The notes: generated by a model from the letters alone, not told the origin. Shown: positions 25,500-39,060, counted from the first letter of the stretch. The stretch is 64,000 bases of DNA from Octopus vulgaris (GCA_951406725.2 OX597838.1:26164001-26228000), one strand, 5' to 3'. Made by a program: numbers and translations.

Positions 25500-25680
25500 T
25501 GAAAACAACGGAGAAAAAAGGACAAGAAAAACAACAATGTGAGGACGTGGTACATGCAAAGTACTAAGAAGTCATTCAGAGAAGGAAAGAAGGGGGTGGT
25601 TTTATTTCGAGCAAAGCTCTTTTTCGGAAACAGGAGACAAAGGAAGGAGGAAAAAAACTGACAATAGTCCACGCGTAGTT
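25500..25680 (-). mobile_element. Family F1 copy
   Basis: gaggacgtggtaca...tttcgagcaaagctctttttcggaaaca. Confidence 0.55.
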
Positions 25681-25689
25681 ATATTTTAG

Positions 25690-25767
<78 letters not shown>

Positions 25768-25990
25768 TATAGATACATACATACATACATTCATACATAC
25801 ATACATATGCATAAAAGGGCATAGACCCTCTTCGGTCATGAATGACCATGGGTTTGCATCCAGAGAGTTCCCCTCCGAAGCACAAGGCCGGGCAGAGTTG
25901 TTTAGGGAAGACCCTAAATATCCCTATCGCTAATGTCAGTAAAATCCCAGCGAACAGGATGAGCTCCTTAACCAGTAACTCATTCGATAT

Positions 25991-26270
25991 GGTTGTTCCT
26001 TCTCGAGCCACGCCTGGCTCATAAGGACCGGTTTCCCGGTTTCCTTGACGTATATGTCCGTCACAGGTGAGCTGCAAGATGCAGGAGGAAAGAGTGAGAG
26101 AAAGTTGTGGCGAAAGAGTCAGCAGAAGTTCGCCATTACCTTCTGCCGGAACCGCGTGGAGCTTAGGTGTTTCGCTCAAAAACACACACACATCGCCCGT
26201 TCTGAGATTCGAACCCGTGATCCCTCGACCGCGAGTCCACTGCTCTAACCACTAGGCCATGTGCCTCCAC
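25991..26270 (-). mobile_element. tRNA-derived SINE family C with 14-bp TSD
   Basis: Head gtggaggcacatggcctagtggttagagc...gggttcgaatc; TSD aactcattcgatat at 25977-25990 and 26271-26284. Confidence 0.92.
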
Positions 26271-27149
26271 AACTCATTCGATATAGACGGATAAAAATCC
26301 ACTGCAGCAAATCGGTTTAACCTTACCCTGGTTAGCTTTAAACCATGAAATAATTTAATTGGTACAACGCCATAAGGAGAGATTCGATGCCCTCCTTACG
26401 TCATCGTTGATCTTTCTCAGTATACGTTAGCTCGCCAGTCCGATTTCCAATTTAGCTGGGTTAATCAGGCGGCATTTCGGGTTAGAGGCAAAGTTTGATT
26501 TGTGGTCTTTGATGGTGATAAAGGCATTGTTTTTTATTAGATAGCGCTTCCACACTATCAGCTATACCTAGACTGTTGGTTAACTGTTTGGCTTCGTTGT
26601 TAATACTATTTTATGTATGTGGGGGAAGCTCGTGTATATTTCAATCACACACACACACACATATACATATATACATACACAGATGTGTGTGTGCTCATAA
26701 TTATATATACACACACACACACACATGCATATATATCAAACATATATGTGTATACACACACACATACGTAGGCACGTCTTTTTTTCTTTTTTTGGACAGA
26801 TGCAGTATGTAATTATCTGGAAGTATTTCTCCCAGAACTCTTGCTACATCTAACATCTCCTTGAAATCGCACACACACGCACACACACATACTCACATAC
26901 ACATACTCACATACACTTACACACGTACGCATACAAGGAAAGCGATGTTGGCAGAAGTCTTACTCTGTTATACTGTTTTTCCCGCATGGTGTCGCTTCTT
27001 GTTGTATGACCTTATTATAATGGTCATCTAACTCTACTGAATCTCTCTACCTCCTTTCTCTCCCCCAGACTACCTCTCTCTCTTTCTCTCTCTTTCCCTC
27101 TCTCTCTCTCTATATATATATATATATTAGTTGCTATATATTCTCTCTG

Positions 27150-27205
<56 letters not shown>

Positions 27206-27643
27206 GATATATGTGTGTGTGTGTGTGTATATATATACATATATATAATAATATAAATAATAAATATATGCATGTATACATACATATATGTATATACATA
27301 TATATGTATATACACATGCGTACATATGTATATACACATGCATATATCGGTGCAGGACGTCATAGAACGTAAACAACATGAAATACGAAATACGAAAACA
27401 TGGAATACGAACTTTTTTGCGAACAAGAAAAGAAACAATTGGAAAACAAAACAAGCAACTTAAAAAAATCAACCCTTCATCAGTTGTCGGCTGTTTAATC
27501 TACTCCACCCCTCCACCCCACATATATCTATTATATATATATGCCAGACTAAAGCACATAAATCCGAAACAAGGTGGAAAAAATAGTACTCGAATACCAG
27601 TGGTAGAGTAATATGGTTTATTAAAAGCAGCAAAAATATCACA

Positions 27644-27689
27644 AAAACTGTTACTCAGAGTTTCACGTTCCCGTTCGTCGGACAGTTTT
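27644..27689 (-). ncRNA. Complete minimal type-I hammerhead motif, U4C core
   Basis: aaaactgt CCGACGA ACG ggaa CGT GAAA CTC t GAG TA acagtttt: 8-bp stem I, GNRA-capped stem II, palindromic stem III, GUA site. Confidence 0.75.
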
Positions 27690-27704
27690 GTTTATATATA
27701 TTCT

Positions 27705-28033
27705 GACCCCCTTCGGTCAGACACTGACCATGGGTTTGCACCAAGAGAGTTACCATCTGAGGCACAAGTCTGGGCAAGGTTGTTTTATGGAAGACCAGCA
27801 GTCGCCCATGCATACCGGCCTCCCTTCTCCACGTCACCGATGTTTTCCAAGGGAAAGGCAAAGAGGCCGATACAGCTTGGCACCTGTGACGTCGCAACTC
27901 ATTTCTACAGCTGAGTGAACTGGAGCAACGTGAAATAAAGTGTCTTGCTCAAGAACACAACATGCAGCCTGGTCAGGGATTCGACCTCACAACCTCACGA
28001 TCGTAAGCTCGACGCTCTAACCACTGAGCCACA
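27705..28033 (-). mobile_element. tRNA-derived SINE family D
   Basis: Head gtggctcagtggttagagcgtcgagc; matches 63654-63980; 3' fragment also at 25823-25905. Confidence 0.9.
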
Positions 28034-28047
28034 TATATATATATATA

Positions 28048-28599
28048 CGGGGGTGAGTCAAAAAGTAATGCCATTTTGTTTCGGACAGGTATAAATACCA
28101 ACACAGGAACATGTACCATACATGAAAATGGAGCTGGTCCCGTGGATCACACCCCTACTTCTCAACATAATCATGTTTCTCTCAATGGTAATGTTCTATC
28201 TTCGAATGACAGCATGTATCCCAGCTCTGGAAAATTCTGTTGACTGTCCTTTGAGCGACTCCTTCACTACAGTTTTCACTTTCTCGTCTCCGGAATAACA
28301 TTTGCCTCTCAAACCTTCTTTCATGGCGCCAAAGAGATGATAGTCTGAAGGCGCTAAATCTGGTGAGTGTAGAGATATGAAGAAGTAGCACAAAGAACAG
28401 TCAACAGAATTTTACGGGACAGGGATACATGCTGTCATTCGAAGGTAGAATATTGCTATTGAGAGAAACGGTGACAATGTTGAGAAGTAGGTATGGGATC
28501 CACAGAGGAACAGCTTCATTTTCATGTTTGATACATGTTCCTGTGTTGGTAATTATACTTGTCCTAAACAAAATGGCATTACTTTTTGACTCACCCGCG
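28048..28599. mobile_element. Non-autonomous mariner derivative made of two inverted 3' ends
   Basis: TA TSD; about 200-bp inverted arms; HSPDLAPSDYHLF transposase motif on the minus strand. Confidence 0.88.
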
Positions 28600-28645
<46 letters not shown>

Positions 28646-28687
28646 TACACATATGTAACATATGGTATAATTATAAACGGCAAATTT

Positions 28688-28726
28688 TAAATCGATTTTC
28701 GAACCTTATTGAGTTCTCATCAGAGG
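28688..28726 (-). ncRNA. Hammerhead-like motif, canonical core, stem I decayed
   Basis: cct CTGATGA GAAC tcaataag GTTC GAAA ATCGAT TT. Confidence 0.55.
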
Positions 28727-28728
28727 CG

Positions 28729-28775
<47 letters not shown>

Positions 28776-28777
<2 letters not shown>

Positions 28778-29185
28778 TCTCTTTTTACTTGTTTCGGTCA
28801 TTTGACTGTGGCCATGCTGGAGCACCGCCTTTAGGCGAGCAAATCTACCCCAGGACTTATTCTTTGTAAGCCTAGTACTTATTCTATCGGTCTCTTTTGC
28901 CGAACCGCTATGTTACGGGGACGTAAACGCACCAAAATTGATTTTCAACCAATGGTGGGGTTAGGGGAACAAACACGGGCACAAACATACAAATATATAC
29001 ATATATATATATACATATGTACGACGGGCTTCTTTCAGTTTCCGTCTACCAAGTCCATTCACAAGGCTTTGGTCAGCCTGAGGCTATGGTAGAAGACACT
29101 TGCTCGAGGTGCCACGCAAAGGGACTGAACCTCGAACTATGTGGCTGGGAAACAAACTTCTAACCACGCAGCCACGCCTGCGCCT
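28776..29185 (-). mobile_element. SINE family A, full length
   Basis: Head and tail match other copies. Confidence 0.9.
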
Positions 29186-29407
29186 ATATAATAGTATTTA
29201 AACTACCGAACGAGGTAAGTATACAGTCTGTTTCACAACGGACGGTGTGTAAAAGATGGCGCATTTTATCCCATTCAAATCTTTAAAGAAAGCATCATTA
29301 TTTACTCAACTTTTACAACATGGTATTCGCTCTTCTGGTTGCGATCTTCTTTGTCCCAACTTACAATTACATTCCACATATCTAGGTGTGTGTGTGTGTG
29401 TGTGCAT

Positions 29408-29448
<41 letters not shown>

Positions 29449-29449
29449 C

Positions 29450-29508
<59 letters not shown>

Positions 29509-29580
29509 CATATACAAATATATATATGTATGTGTATATATATATATGTGTGTGTGTGTATATATATATATATATAAATG

Positions 29581-29666
<86 letters not shown>

Positions 29667-30253
29667 TGTGTGTATATATATGCATGCAAGTATATATTTA
29701 CATCTATGCGTATATCTCCGAAACACATACCAACACAGACGCACACACGTACAAACGCATACACACACACACACATTCGCAGATAAAGAATCCAGTTAAA
29801 AAAGCAGAATGTTACCAGTTCCAAAGACTTAAAATGTCAAATAAAGGCAGAAAGAGAAAGTTTTTTCTGTTGCCATTTAACAGATTCAAAGAACATGCTT
29901 CTCTTTTCTTTTCTTTTCTTTTCACCAGAAGCAAAATTTAAAGTCTGTAATGACCGTAACGTATCGAACGATAACCAGGAGACGTGGGTTCGCTTCAAGC
30001 CGTTTCGCTACTGCTGCTGCTGCTGATGTAGTTTTTGAAGAGATGTATGATCAAGGACGTTCCAACCGTGATCATCTCGTCTGTTAATATGAAACCAAGA
30101 TGGAAACTATGCGAAAGCTCGTCACATATAATTATATGTTTTAATGTATACTGGGTGCAGCGGCACGGTGGGGGGAGGTATTTGAGTGTAGTTATTTATC
30201 AGTATATAATTCTCTTCAAACCAATTAAAAAGTTTTTAATCCGTTCAGACCCT

Positions 30254-30345
30254 CATCTTGGGCAAGTGTCTTCTGCTATAGCCCCGGGCCAACCAATGCC
30301 TTGTGAGTGGATTTGGTAGACGGAAACTGAAAGAAGCCTGTCGTA

Positions 30346-30396
<51 letters not shown>

Positions 30397-30605
30397 TTGT
30401 GTGTCTGCTGTGTTTGTCCCCCTAGCATTGCTTGACAACCGATGCTGGTGTGTTTACCCCCCCCCCATCACTTAGCGGTTCGGCAAAAGAGACCGATAGA
30501 ATAAGTACTGGGCTTACAAAGAATAAGTCCCGGGGTCGATTTGCTCGACTAAAGGCGGTGCTCCAGCATGGCCGCAGTCAAAATGACTGAAACAAGTAAA
30601 AGAGT
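30254..30605 (+). mobile_element. SINE family A, 5'-truncated
   Basis: catcttgggcaagtgtcttc...gaaacaagtaaaagag. Confidence 0.9.
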
Positions 30606-30723
30606 AAAGAGAGTAGAGTAATATAAATGAAAAGACATGCAGTCATTGTTACTATACATGAGGAACGTAAGCAATTTAGAAATTGCCAACTTTCTAAATG
30701 CTGCGAGATTTTTTGTCTACAAA

Positions 30724-31125
30724 GCGCAAGAGTGGCTGTGTAGTAAGTAGCTTGCTTACGGACCACATGGTTCCGGGTTCAGTTCCACTGTGTAGCACCT
30801 TGGGCAAGTGTCTTCTACTATATATTTCTTTACTACCCACAAGGGGCTAAACACAGAGGACAGACAAACGGATTAAGTCGATTACATCAACCCCAGTGCG
30901 TAACTGGTACTTAATTTATCGACCCCGAAAGGATGAAAGGCAAAGTCGACCTCGGCGGAATTTGAACCCAGAACGTAACAGCAGACGAAATACGGCTACG
31001 CATTTCGCTCGGCGTGCTAACGTTTCTGCCAGTTCGCCGCCTTAATGTCTTCTATTATAGCCTCGGGTCTACCAAAGCCTTTTGAGTGGATTTGGTAGAT
31101 GAAAACTGAAAGAAGCCCGTCGTAT
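30724..31125 (+). mobile_element. SINE family A 5' half interrupted by SINE B
   Basis: Sequence resumes after the insertion with duplicated tgtcttcta(c/t)tata. Confidence 0.85.
30823..31045 (-). mobile_element. SINE family B monomer with 14-bp TSD
   Basis: TSD at 30809-30822 and 31046-31059 (one mismatch). Confidence 0.9.
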
Positions 31126-31144
31126 ATATGTGTGTATATATATA

Positions 31145-31500
31145 TAAATACAAAATGGGACAAGAACGCAACACATCCAGAAGACGATACAAAAAACACG
31201 GACGGGTCATTCGAAGCCTTTAATCTTCAGTCAAGAACCGGATCATCCTCGCAATTTCGGCTGATTATTCTTGAGATTGCTCCAATCTGGCCAGCCCCAA
31301 GAAAAAACTAAGCTAAGAGCATTAGATTCCTTGGAAAAAAGCTTCGAATGTATACGAAACAAGGACGGGAAAACGGACGATGTTACACGAATATGAATAC
31401 AAAAATAATAAATAGAAAAAACAATAATAATAATAACAGGGTATCACAACAGATGTCTTTCGACTGGAGACGAATTGAATTCAGCTGGCGTGTTAGGAAT
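31145..31500. repeat. (TA)n-anchored repeat, homolog at 38400-38580
   Basis: Shared gggacaagaacg...cattcgaagcctt...cagtcaagaaccggatcatc.tcgcaatttcggctgatta. Confidence 0.7.
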
Positions 31501-31506
31501 TAAGTC

Positions 31507-31537
<31 letters not shown>

Positions 31538-31613
31538 CATACATACATACATACATACTTACATGCTTACATACATACATACATAATATATACATACATA
31601 CATACATACATAC

Positions 31614-31644
<31 letters not shown>

Positions 31645-32244
31645 CATACATACATACATACATACATACATACATACATACATACATACATACATACATA
31701 CATACATACATACATACATACGTACGTACAGACACATTGAGAAGGAAACTAAAATGAAAATAAGAATTCGAATAAGTAGATTGGAGAGATTGATGTGTAC
31801 ATAAAGGAGAGAGAGTGACAGACAGACAGAGAGACAGAGTGAGGGAGAGAATGAGACATAATGTAAGAGAGAGGAGAAGAGAGAGAGAGTGAGTAGTGTT
31901 TAGAAAGTGCGCCATGTTTTGTTTGTTGGATTTGCATGTGGAGAAGCTCGATGGTCCAAACGTCCAATGAAATTTAGCTTTACGTTTCAGTATTATATAA
32001 TTAACGGGGAGGGGTGGGTGGAGATCGATATATTATCTGTAGTGGGAAGAGGAGCAAGAAGAAGGAGAAGAGGGTGGAGAAGGACGAGGAGAAGAAGAGG
32101 AAGGAGAAGAAGAAGAAGAAGAAACAACAGCAACAAGGTGAAGGAAGAAGAGCAAATGAAATACGTGTGTATTTGATGGCCATTGTATAATGGTTTGCAT
32201 GGCTTCTGGTGAAAAGCGATATATATATATATATATGTGTATAT

Positions 32245-32316
<72 letters not shown>

Positions 32317-32418
32317 ATATCTATGTATGTATATATATATATATACACATACATACATGCATATATATATATGTATATATATATGTATGTGTATATATAT
32401 ATATATATATACACACAC

Positions 32419-32449
<31 letters not shown>

Positions 32450-32774
32450 CACATAATTTATATACACACACACACACACGTGTATGTATGTATATATATA
32501 TGTGTGTGTTTGCAATGTATGTATGTATATATGTATACATATATATGTGCCTGTGTATGTGTTTAGGTATATACATTATATGTATATACATCGGACTCGG
32601 TAAAGTAATGTGTGATCGATCCATTGTGAACGAACCATTCGGTTCATTCGTATAGAAATGATCGTGCGTTTTCCTTGTTGTGGCCGTAGACATGGTTGCC
32701 TATTCTTGTAGAAGGTTCGTGCGTTTCTTAAGAATGGAGACGGACTCCTATAGTGCGACCACTAATGTCACACT

Positions 32775-33370
32775 GATCTCTCTGTCTATCTCTCTCTATC
32801 CTTCTCTCTCACTACATCTCCCTCTCTCTTGTCTCTTAATAGATCACCCTTGTATGCCTCCCTTCTCTCTCTATATGTCTCTCTCTTTCCTCTCAGTGAT
32901 TCACCCTTTGTGTGTGTCGCGCTCTGTTACTGCCTTTCTCTCTTTCACTCTCTCTCTCTCTGTCTCTATCTATCTATCTATCTATCTCAGTCATTCACTT
33001 TCTCTGTCTCTATCTTTCTCCATTCTTCTTCTTATCCCCTCCTTTTCTCTGTTCTTCTTCTCTATTCTGTTCTTCTCTATCTTTCTATTACTCTCTATGT
33101 CCCTTATTTGTCTCCCTTTCTCTGCGCCTCTTTTGCTCTGTCCTTCATCTCGCTCTCCTGATCTCTCTTTCTCTCTCTCTGTCTATCCATCGCTGTCCCT
33201 CCCTTCTCTCTAATCTCCTTTCTTTCCCTCTCCCTCCCTATCTCCTCCTTACCTTCCAGTCTTCTCTCTTTCTCTCACTTCCCATCTCTCTCTACATCCC
33301 CTCCCACGGTACTGCAACAATTTCAGAAAGATGTCTTTCTCACCGTCTCTTACTTCTCTCACACACTCTT
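32775..33370. repeat. Polypyrimidine low-complexity tract
   Basis: Direct reading. Confidence 0.8.
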
Positions 33371-33622
33371 GTCGCACTTAACTTCTTCCTTTGTGTTGCT
33401 CTCTACAAGATCACTCAATCTGCTAGAAATAGTGCTAAAATTTCCCTCGGGTAACACGCAACTACCTTTGTAAAGGAAATACACAGTATATAAATGCCGC
33501 TCTCGAGTGCGTCGCGTTTGGAGAAAATATGAGACGTTGACAAATGCAACAATTTTTAATAAGGACTTGCTTAATCAGGGCTTATCTGGTTGCTTAACAA
33601 ATTTAGCAAAGGTGCGTGCGTA

Positions 33623-33664
<42 letters not shown>

Positions 33665-34328
33665 TGTGTCTGTGTCTGTCTGTGCGCTCGCGCGCACGCA
33701 TGCATATTGCGTGTGTTTGTATATGTGCGTGTGTATGTGATAGAGTATTTCAGTGCGTGTATGTGTGCATTGTTGTGAGGGGATGCACGTGCACCGGTGT
33801 ATATGTGTGGAATGAAAGCTAAAATTGCTATAGGCACTGCCTTTAGATAAGCGATGTTTAAGGAAGAATATAATCTAAAATCTTCGGCCAATACACCTAA
33901 GGGTATCGGGTGTATAATGCACCACAGAAGTTTCCGCAACAAAGTTTTAAGTCTAGAATACATAATCATATGCATTCTTTTAAATACAAAAGAAAAGAAA
34001 AATTTAACTCTTCTGCCAGGTTCACCTGGGGATTTCAAAGAGATCATAAAATACCTGTTTTCGTAGTTCACAATAAGTAGAGCTTTATTGTAAAGATGGA
34101 AAAGATGCAATTTGTGCTTGGGGAAAACGTTTGAACAACCAAATTGTAATTATGACCTAATTAACAAACATACCCAACTATTGATTAGCGGTTCTCATTT
34201 ATTTAGTAAAACATACTTAAAATTCCCACATTAAATTTTCCACACCAAAATCCTACGTAATTAACTCATTTGAGTATAAAGAAATAAACTTTATACATAA
34301 GGTATATCATTAATGATTCTTCTTTATA

Positions 34329-34625
34329 CATTAATGTAAGGCCACATATTGTTCAAATCACGCAGAAAAAGATTATGGCACTAAATATGGAAGTTTTGCC
34401 TTATCCTCCTTACTCTCCTGACCTTGTTCCATGAAACTATCAGCTTTTCAAATCATTACAACATTACTTAGACGGAACACAGTTTATCAATTGGGAAGAG
34501 GTTAAAAATAGAATTCAATGATTCTTTCCTTCAAATCCTGAAGAATTTTACACCCGAGGGATCAACACTTTGCCAAAGAGATCAGATTATTTTATCAATA
34601 ATGAAGCGGTATGTTATCTTGGTTA
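34329..34625 (+). pseudogene. Mariner transposase C-terminal remnant
   Basis: NVRPHIVQITQKKIMALNMEVLPYPPYSPDLVP*NYQLFKSLQHYLDG. Confidence 0.8.
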
Positions 34626-34784
34626 AATATATCAAGGCCAAAGAATCAATTGTTTCTTTCTCATCTTGAAATACGAGAAGACTTTCTTTCCAACCTAATA
34701 CACACACACATATGTATGTAATATATATATATATATGTATGTATGTATGTATGCATTATATACATACATACATACATACATAAC

Positions 34785-34827
<43 letters not shown>

Positions 34828-34913
34828 CTTCTACTATAGCCTCGGGCCGACTAAAGCCTTGTGAGTGGATTTGGTAGAGGAAACTGAAAGCCCGTCGTAT
34901 ATATGTATGTGTA

Positions 34914-34970
<57 letters not shown>

Positions 34971-35126
34971 GCGTGTGTATATATGTTTGTGTGTGTGTAT
35001 GTGTATATATAAAGGAGATGCGCTAAGAAAACTCTTCTTAGACCATAAATAGTAATTACAATAATGATACAACAGCTACTAAAGCTACTACTACTACTAC
35101 TACTAATAATAATAATGATGATGATG

Positions 35127-35160
<34 letters not shown>

Positions 35161-35291
35161 GACAATGTTTTCTCTTGCCACTGGGAAAATACAATAATAA
35201 ATTTACTAGAGACACACAGACAGACAGAAACAGAAACGGAGAGAAATTGGGAGACCGAATTAGATAGGTAGGTATACACGTATTGTTTGTG

Positions 35292-35342
<51 letters not shown>

Positions 35343-35382
35343 CTCACATATACACACACATATATGTATACAGGCATGTATG

Positions 35383-35421
<39 letters not shown>

Positions 35422-35478
35422 GCATATATATATATACATATACCTACATCATATATATGTGTGTGTGTGTGTATATAC

Positions 35479-35527
<49 letters not shown>

Positions 35528-35731
35528 TGTATATATATGAGACAGAGAAGTAGAGAAAATGAATGTTAGATAGATAGATAGATAAAATTTCATTCAAAAA
35601 TGTGAGTGCAATATCAACAAAGCTTGTCCTGACATCACGAAGCTCGATGTTATTTTTTAATCGTTCTTTCTTTCCTTTGTGTGTGTGTTTATATATATAT
35701 ATATATATATAAATCTTGCACAACAAATATT

Positions 35732-35807
<76 letters not shown>

Positions 35808-36131
35808 GATTTTCATCTCAAGTTGAGATTCGTTTCAAGAGATTTGTCGAGAATATTGAATAACAAATAATACAACAGGAGAAGAGAAAAAAAACCAATA
35901 AAAGTCAATTGGTAAAAAACGCTAAAAACAAAGTAGAGGAAAGAACGCAAGAAAGAATTATCGAAAGAAGAATATTAAAAGAAAGAAAGAATGAAGAAAA
36001 GATAGAAAGAAATATTGCAATCAATTTCTAATGAAATTATCTCAGTAATTTATAAGAGGAATTTTTGCTTGATATGGATTTTGTTCTGTTTTGTTTTGTT
36101 TTGTTTTCACGTTCATTGTGACAATTATGAT

Positions 36132-36166
<35 letters not shown>

Positions 36167-36358
36167 ATGAAGGAACGAAACAAAGACAGTAAGAGTGGGA
36201 AAAGACAAAACGATAGCTTAAAAGAAAATAAGAGAGTAATAGAGAGTAAGAAGTGAGGGGATCATGGATGTGATTGAAATTTGCTGAATATTTATAGAGA
36301 GGCACGGATAGATGTTTCGGCCAAAAAGTGGCCCAGGTCATGACCAGCTTAATAACAT

Positions 36359-36669
36359 ACTTCTTACTTGTTCTTGTGACGGCGTTCACCCAGGGCGGGT
36401 TGAGCCGGCTTCTTCTCTGGTCCTATAACGGCATCACGAACCATGGCGGCCCACGCTCGACGGTCCCGTGCGAGGTCACTGGAGATAGCGAGCCATTCGC
36501 GGTTCCATCTGCGCAGACCGACCACCTGCGGACCTGAGAGTTCGGAGAGGTTCTCTTTTATCGTCGTTGCCCAGGTCTTCAGCTGCCCACCCGTGCTTTT
36601 GCGCCAGCTGGGAAGTGAAGGTGGCAGGAGGACATCGCGAATCAGCTCACCCTCTGGATATTATAATAT
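36359..36669 (-). mobile_element. 5'-truncated RTE-like LINE 3' end with 10-bp TSD
   Basis: WRKSTGGQLKTW...LSGPQVVGLRRWNREW...LARDRRAW; aag-like tail; TSD ttaataacat at 36349-36358 and 36670-36679. Confidence 0.75.
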
Positions 36670-36679
36670 TTAATAACAT

Positions 36680-36935
36680 CACCTGAGAGAAGTAATTTTT
36701 TAGTCAAGTCTTGAGGTATCTTGATCCATTTAAGCCGGGAGTCCTTGACTGCTTGCCTGCTGTCCCTTGAAGAAACTTGTCCAGATATCGTTGGTAGGTG
36801 ATGGTATGTTTTCCTTCCTTGATTTATTTTGGGATAATGTTGAATAGAGCGGAGGGAAAGTAATTATGTTGCAACGGAGTTAAGTGTTGTGAGCGTGAAT
36901 TGTGTAGGGTACTTTATGACACAGGGTCCCAGCTA
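36680..36935 (-). pseudogene. CR1-like LINE 3' end (continues at 36310-36348)
   Basis: QHNYFPSALFNIIPK*IKE...YQRYLDKFLQG, typical CR1-group C-terminus. Confidence 0.6.
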
Positions 36936-37156
36936 CATATTAGACATCGATAACATTTATTGATAATGAAATATCGATAATGAGGTCTTGATAATTTATA
37001 AAATTAGTGATTTATCGATAACATAAATTCATGGCGAAGTATTGATGATATATATATTCCTGGGGTCGATTCATTCGACTGAAAATTTTTCAAGGGTGTG
37101 CCCCAGCAAGGCCACAGTCTAATGACTGAAACAAGTAAAAGATAAAAGATATATAT

Positions 37157-37767
37157 GAAAAATAGAAGTTGAAAATACATTGAGAATGGTTAAGATATTT
37201 TTTATTAATATATTTAAAGCTTTAACCGGTTTCACAGTTTACACGATTTTCAAAAATTTGAAAGAGACGTGGCTTATATCGCAACTATTTTGCTTCTGAC
37301 TAGCGTTTGAAGCTTGCCCCATAAAAATAGGGAATTCATGGCTCAAATTAGTATAGTCACGTGACTGGTCTTAAAACTTTTTGTAAGTTCCCCGCTACGT
37401 TCGTGTGTTAGTATTCAGAGCATTGGTTGTTTAGTACTACCACTAGACTTGTTCAATCAAGTGTGTCAGCCTTAACTTACGACATTGTCTCTTGATACTA
37501 ACACACAGACGTAGCGGGGAAACTACAAAAAATTTTTAAGACTAGTCATGTGACTATCTTCTACCAATTACAGCCTATTCAAAACGTATACTAATTTGAG
37601 TCATGGTCTCCCTATAAAATAAGTCAAAAGCAAAACAGCTGCAACATAAGTCACGTCTTACTATTTCAAATTTATGACAATCAGTGTAACCTGTGAAACC
37701 GGTTAAATCTTTAAATACAATAATAAAAAACATATCTATTCTCAGTGCATTTCAACTTCTATTTTTC
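37157..37767. mobile_element. 610-bp imperfect palindromic element with outward-reading hammerhead-like motifs
   Basis: gaaaaatagaagttgaaa / tttcaacttctatttttc; ccccgctacgt / acgtagcgggg; aaccggtttcacag / ctgtgaaaccggtt. Confidence 0.8.
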
Positions 37768-37815
37768 CTATATTCTACCCGTGTGGAATAAAATAACTTT
37801 CATATATATATATAT

Positions 37816-37985
37816 AACCACGTTGGCGATTTTCTTATTCCATCTTCCCTTCCTTCTGAAGAAGTGCTTTGCTCGAAACGTAAAATCCTCTTTCTTTCCT
37901 TTCCTGAGAGTCTGATAATACAGTACTTGTACCACGTCCTTGCGTTATTGCTTTTTGTGTTTGTTTTTCTTTGTTCGGATTCACT
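37816..37985 (+). mobile_element. Family F1 copy with hammerhead-like motif at 37852-37886
   Basis: CTGAAGA A GTGC ttt GCTC GAAA CG TA. Confidence 0.55.
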
Positions 37986-38005
37986 ATATATATATATATA
38001 TACAT

Positions 38006-38080
<75 letters not shown>

Positions 38081-38084
38081 CAGT

Positions 38085-39060
38085 GAGCTATTGGTAATGA
38101 GATATCGATTATATATATTGATATTTAGTGATCAATAGTACACATTGATAGTAAGGTATCGATAACAGATATTGCCACGGAGATTTTTTTATAGTGTAGT
38201 GTCGATAATATATATCGATAATGTTCTATTGATAATGAGGCATTAATAATCTAAATCGAATACTGACATACCGATATTGATAATATAAACTTTATATTGA
38301 CAACGAGATATTGGTAATATAAATTGTAATGGGAGGTATCGATACAAAATAGCAATAGTGAACTATCGCTAAGATATTGATTGTATATATATATATATAT
38401 GTAAAAAGTAAAAAATATATACAAACTGGGACAAGAACGTGAAACACCTAGAAGACGACACAAGAACCACAGGACGGGACATTCGAAGCCTTCAGTCATC
38501 AGTCAAGAACCGGATCATCTTCGCAATTTCGGCTGATTAATCTTGAGATTGCTCCGACCTGGGCAGCCACCAAGGGAAATCATATATATATATATATAAT
38601 ATATACATACTGATAGTGTGATATTAATTGTAAAGCATTCATAATATATATATATATTGATAACAATACACTGACAATGTTTATTGATAATGCTGAACCG
38701 ATAATGTATATTGATTATGATATATTGAGTGAACGCATTGAGAATGAAGTAATGATAACATGGTTTATATTGTGAATAATGCACGGATAATACATATCGA
38801 TATGAAATGTTGATGATTAATTGTCGCAATCATGTATCAATTATATTGATAATATATAGAGAGATTGCGAAGCATTGATAATAAATATTGATCATGATAC
38901 ATCGATAATACATAGTGATAGCAACGTTCTAATGCTGAAGTATTGATTATATATTGATCATTATAAATTTATAAAGAGGCATTCATGATATGCATGAAGA
39001 TATCAATAATGTATATACATAGTGAGGTACTGATAATATACAGATTGGTATTTAAGAACA
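38085..39060. repeat. AT-rich cryptic repeat (atatcgataat/attgataat variants); also 36945-37050
   Basis: Many at(c/t)gat(a)a variants. Confidence 0.6.

Noticed and set aside
26200-26270. tRNA-like heads (also near 28030, 53850 and 63660)
   Set aside because: They continue into SINE bodies, some with TSDs, and lack a complete acceptor stem; not tRNA genes.
27470-27490. CTGATGAAGGG on the minus strand
   Set aside because: No downstream stem II partner or GAAA.
38470-38500. CTGATGA-ctGAAGgCTTC-GAAT on the minus strand (also about 31205-31235)
   Set aside because: GAAT instead of GAAA and no stem I or III; not counted as a hammerhead.
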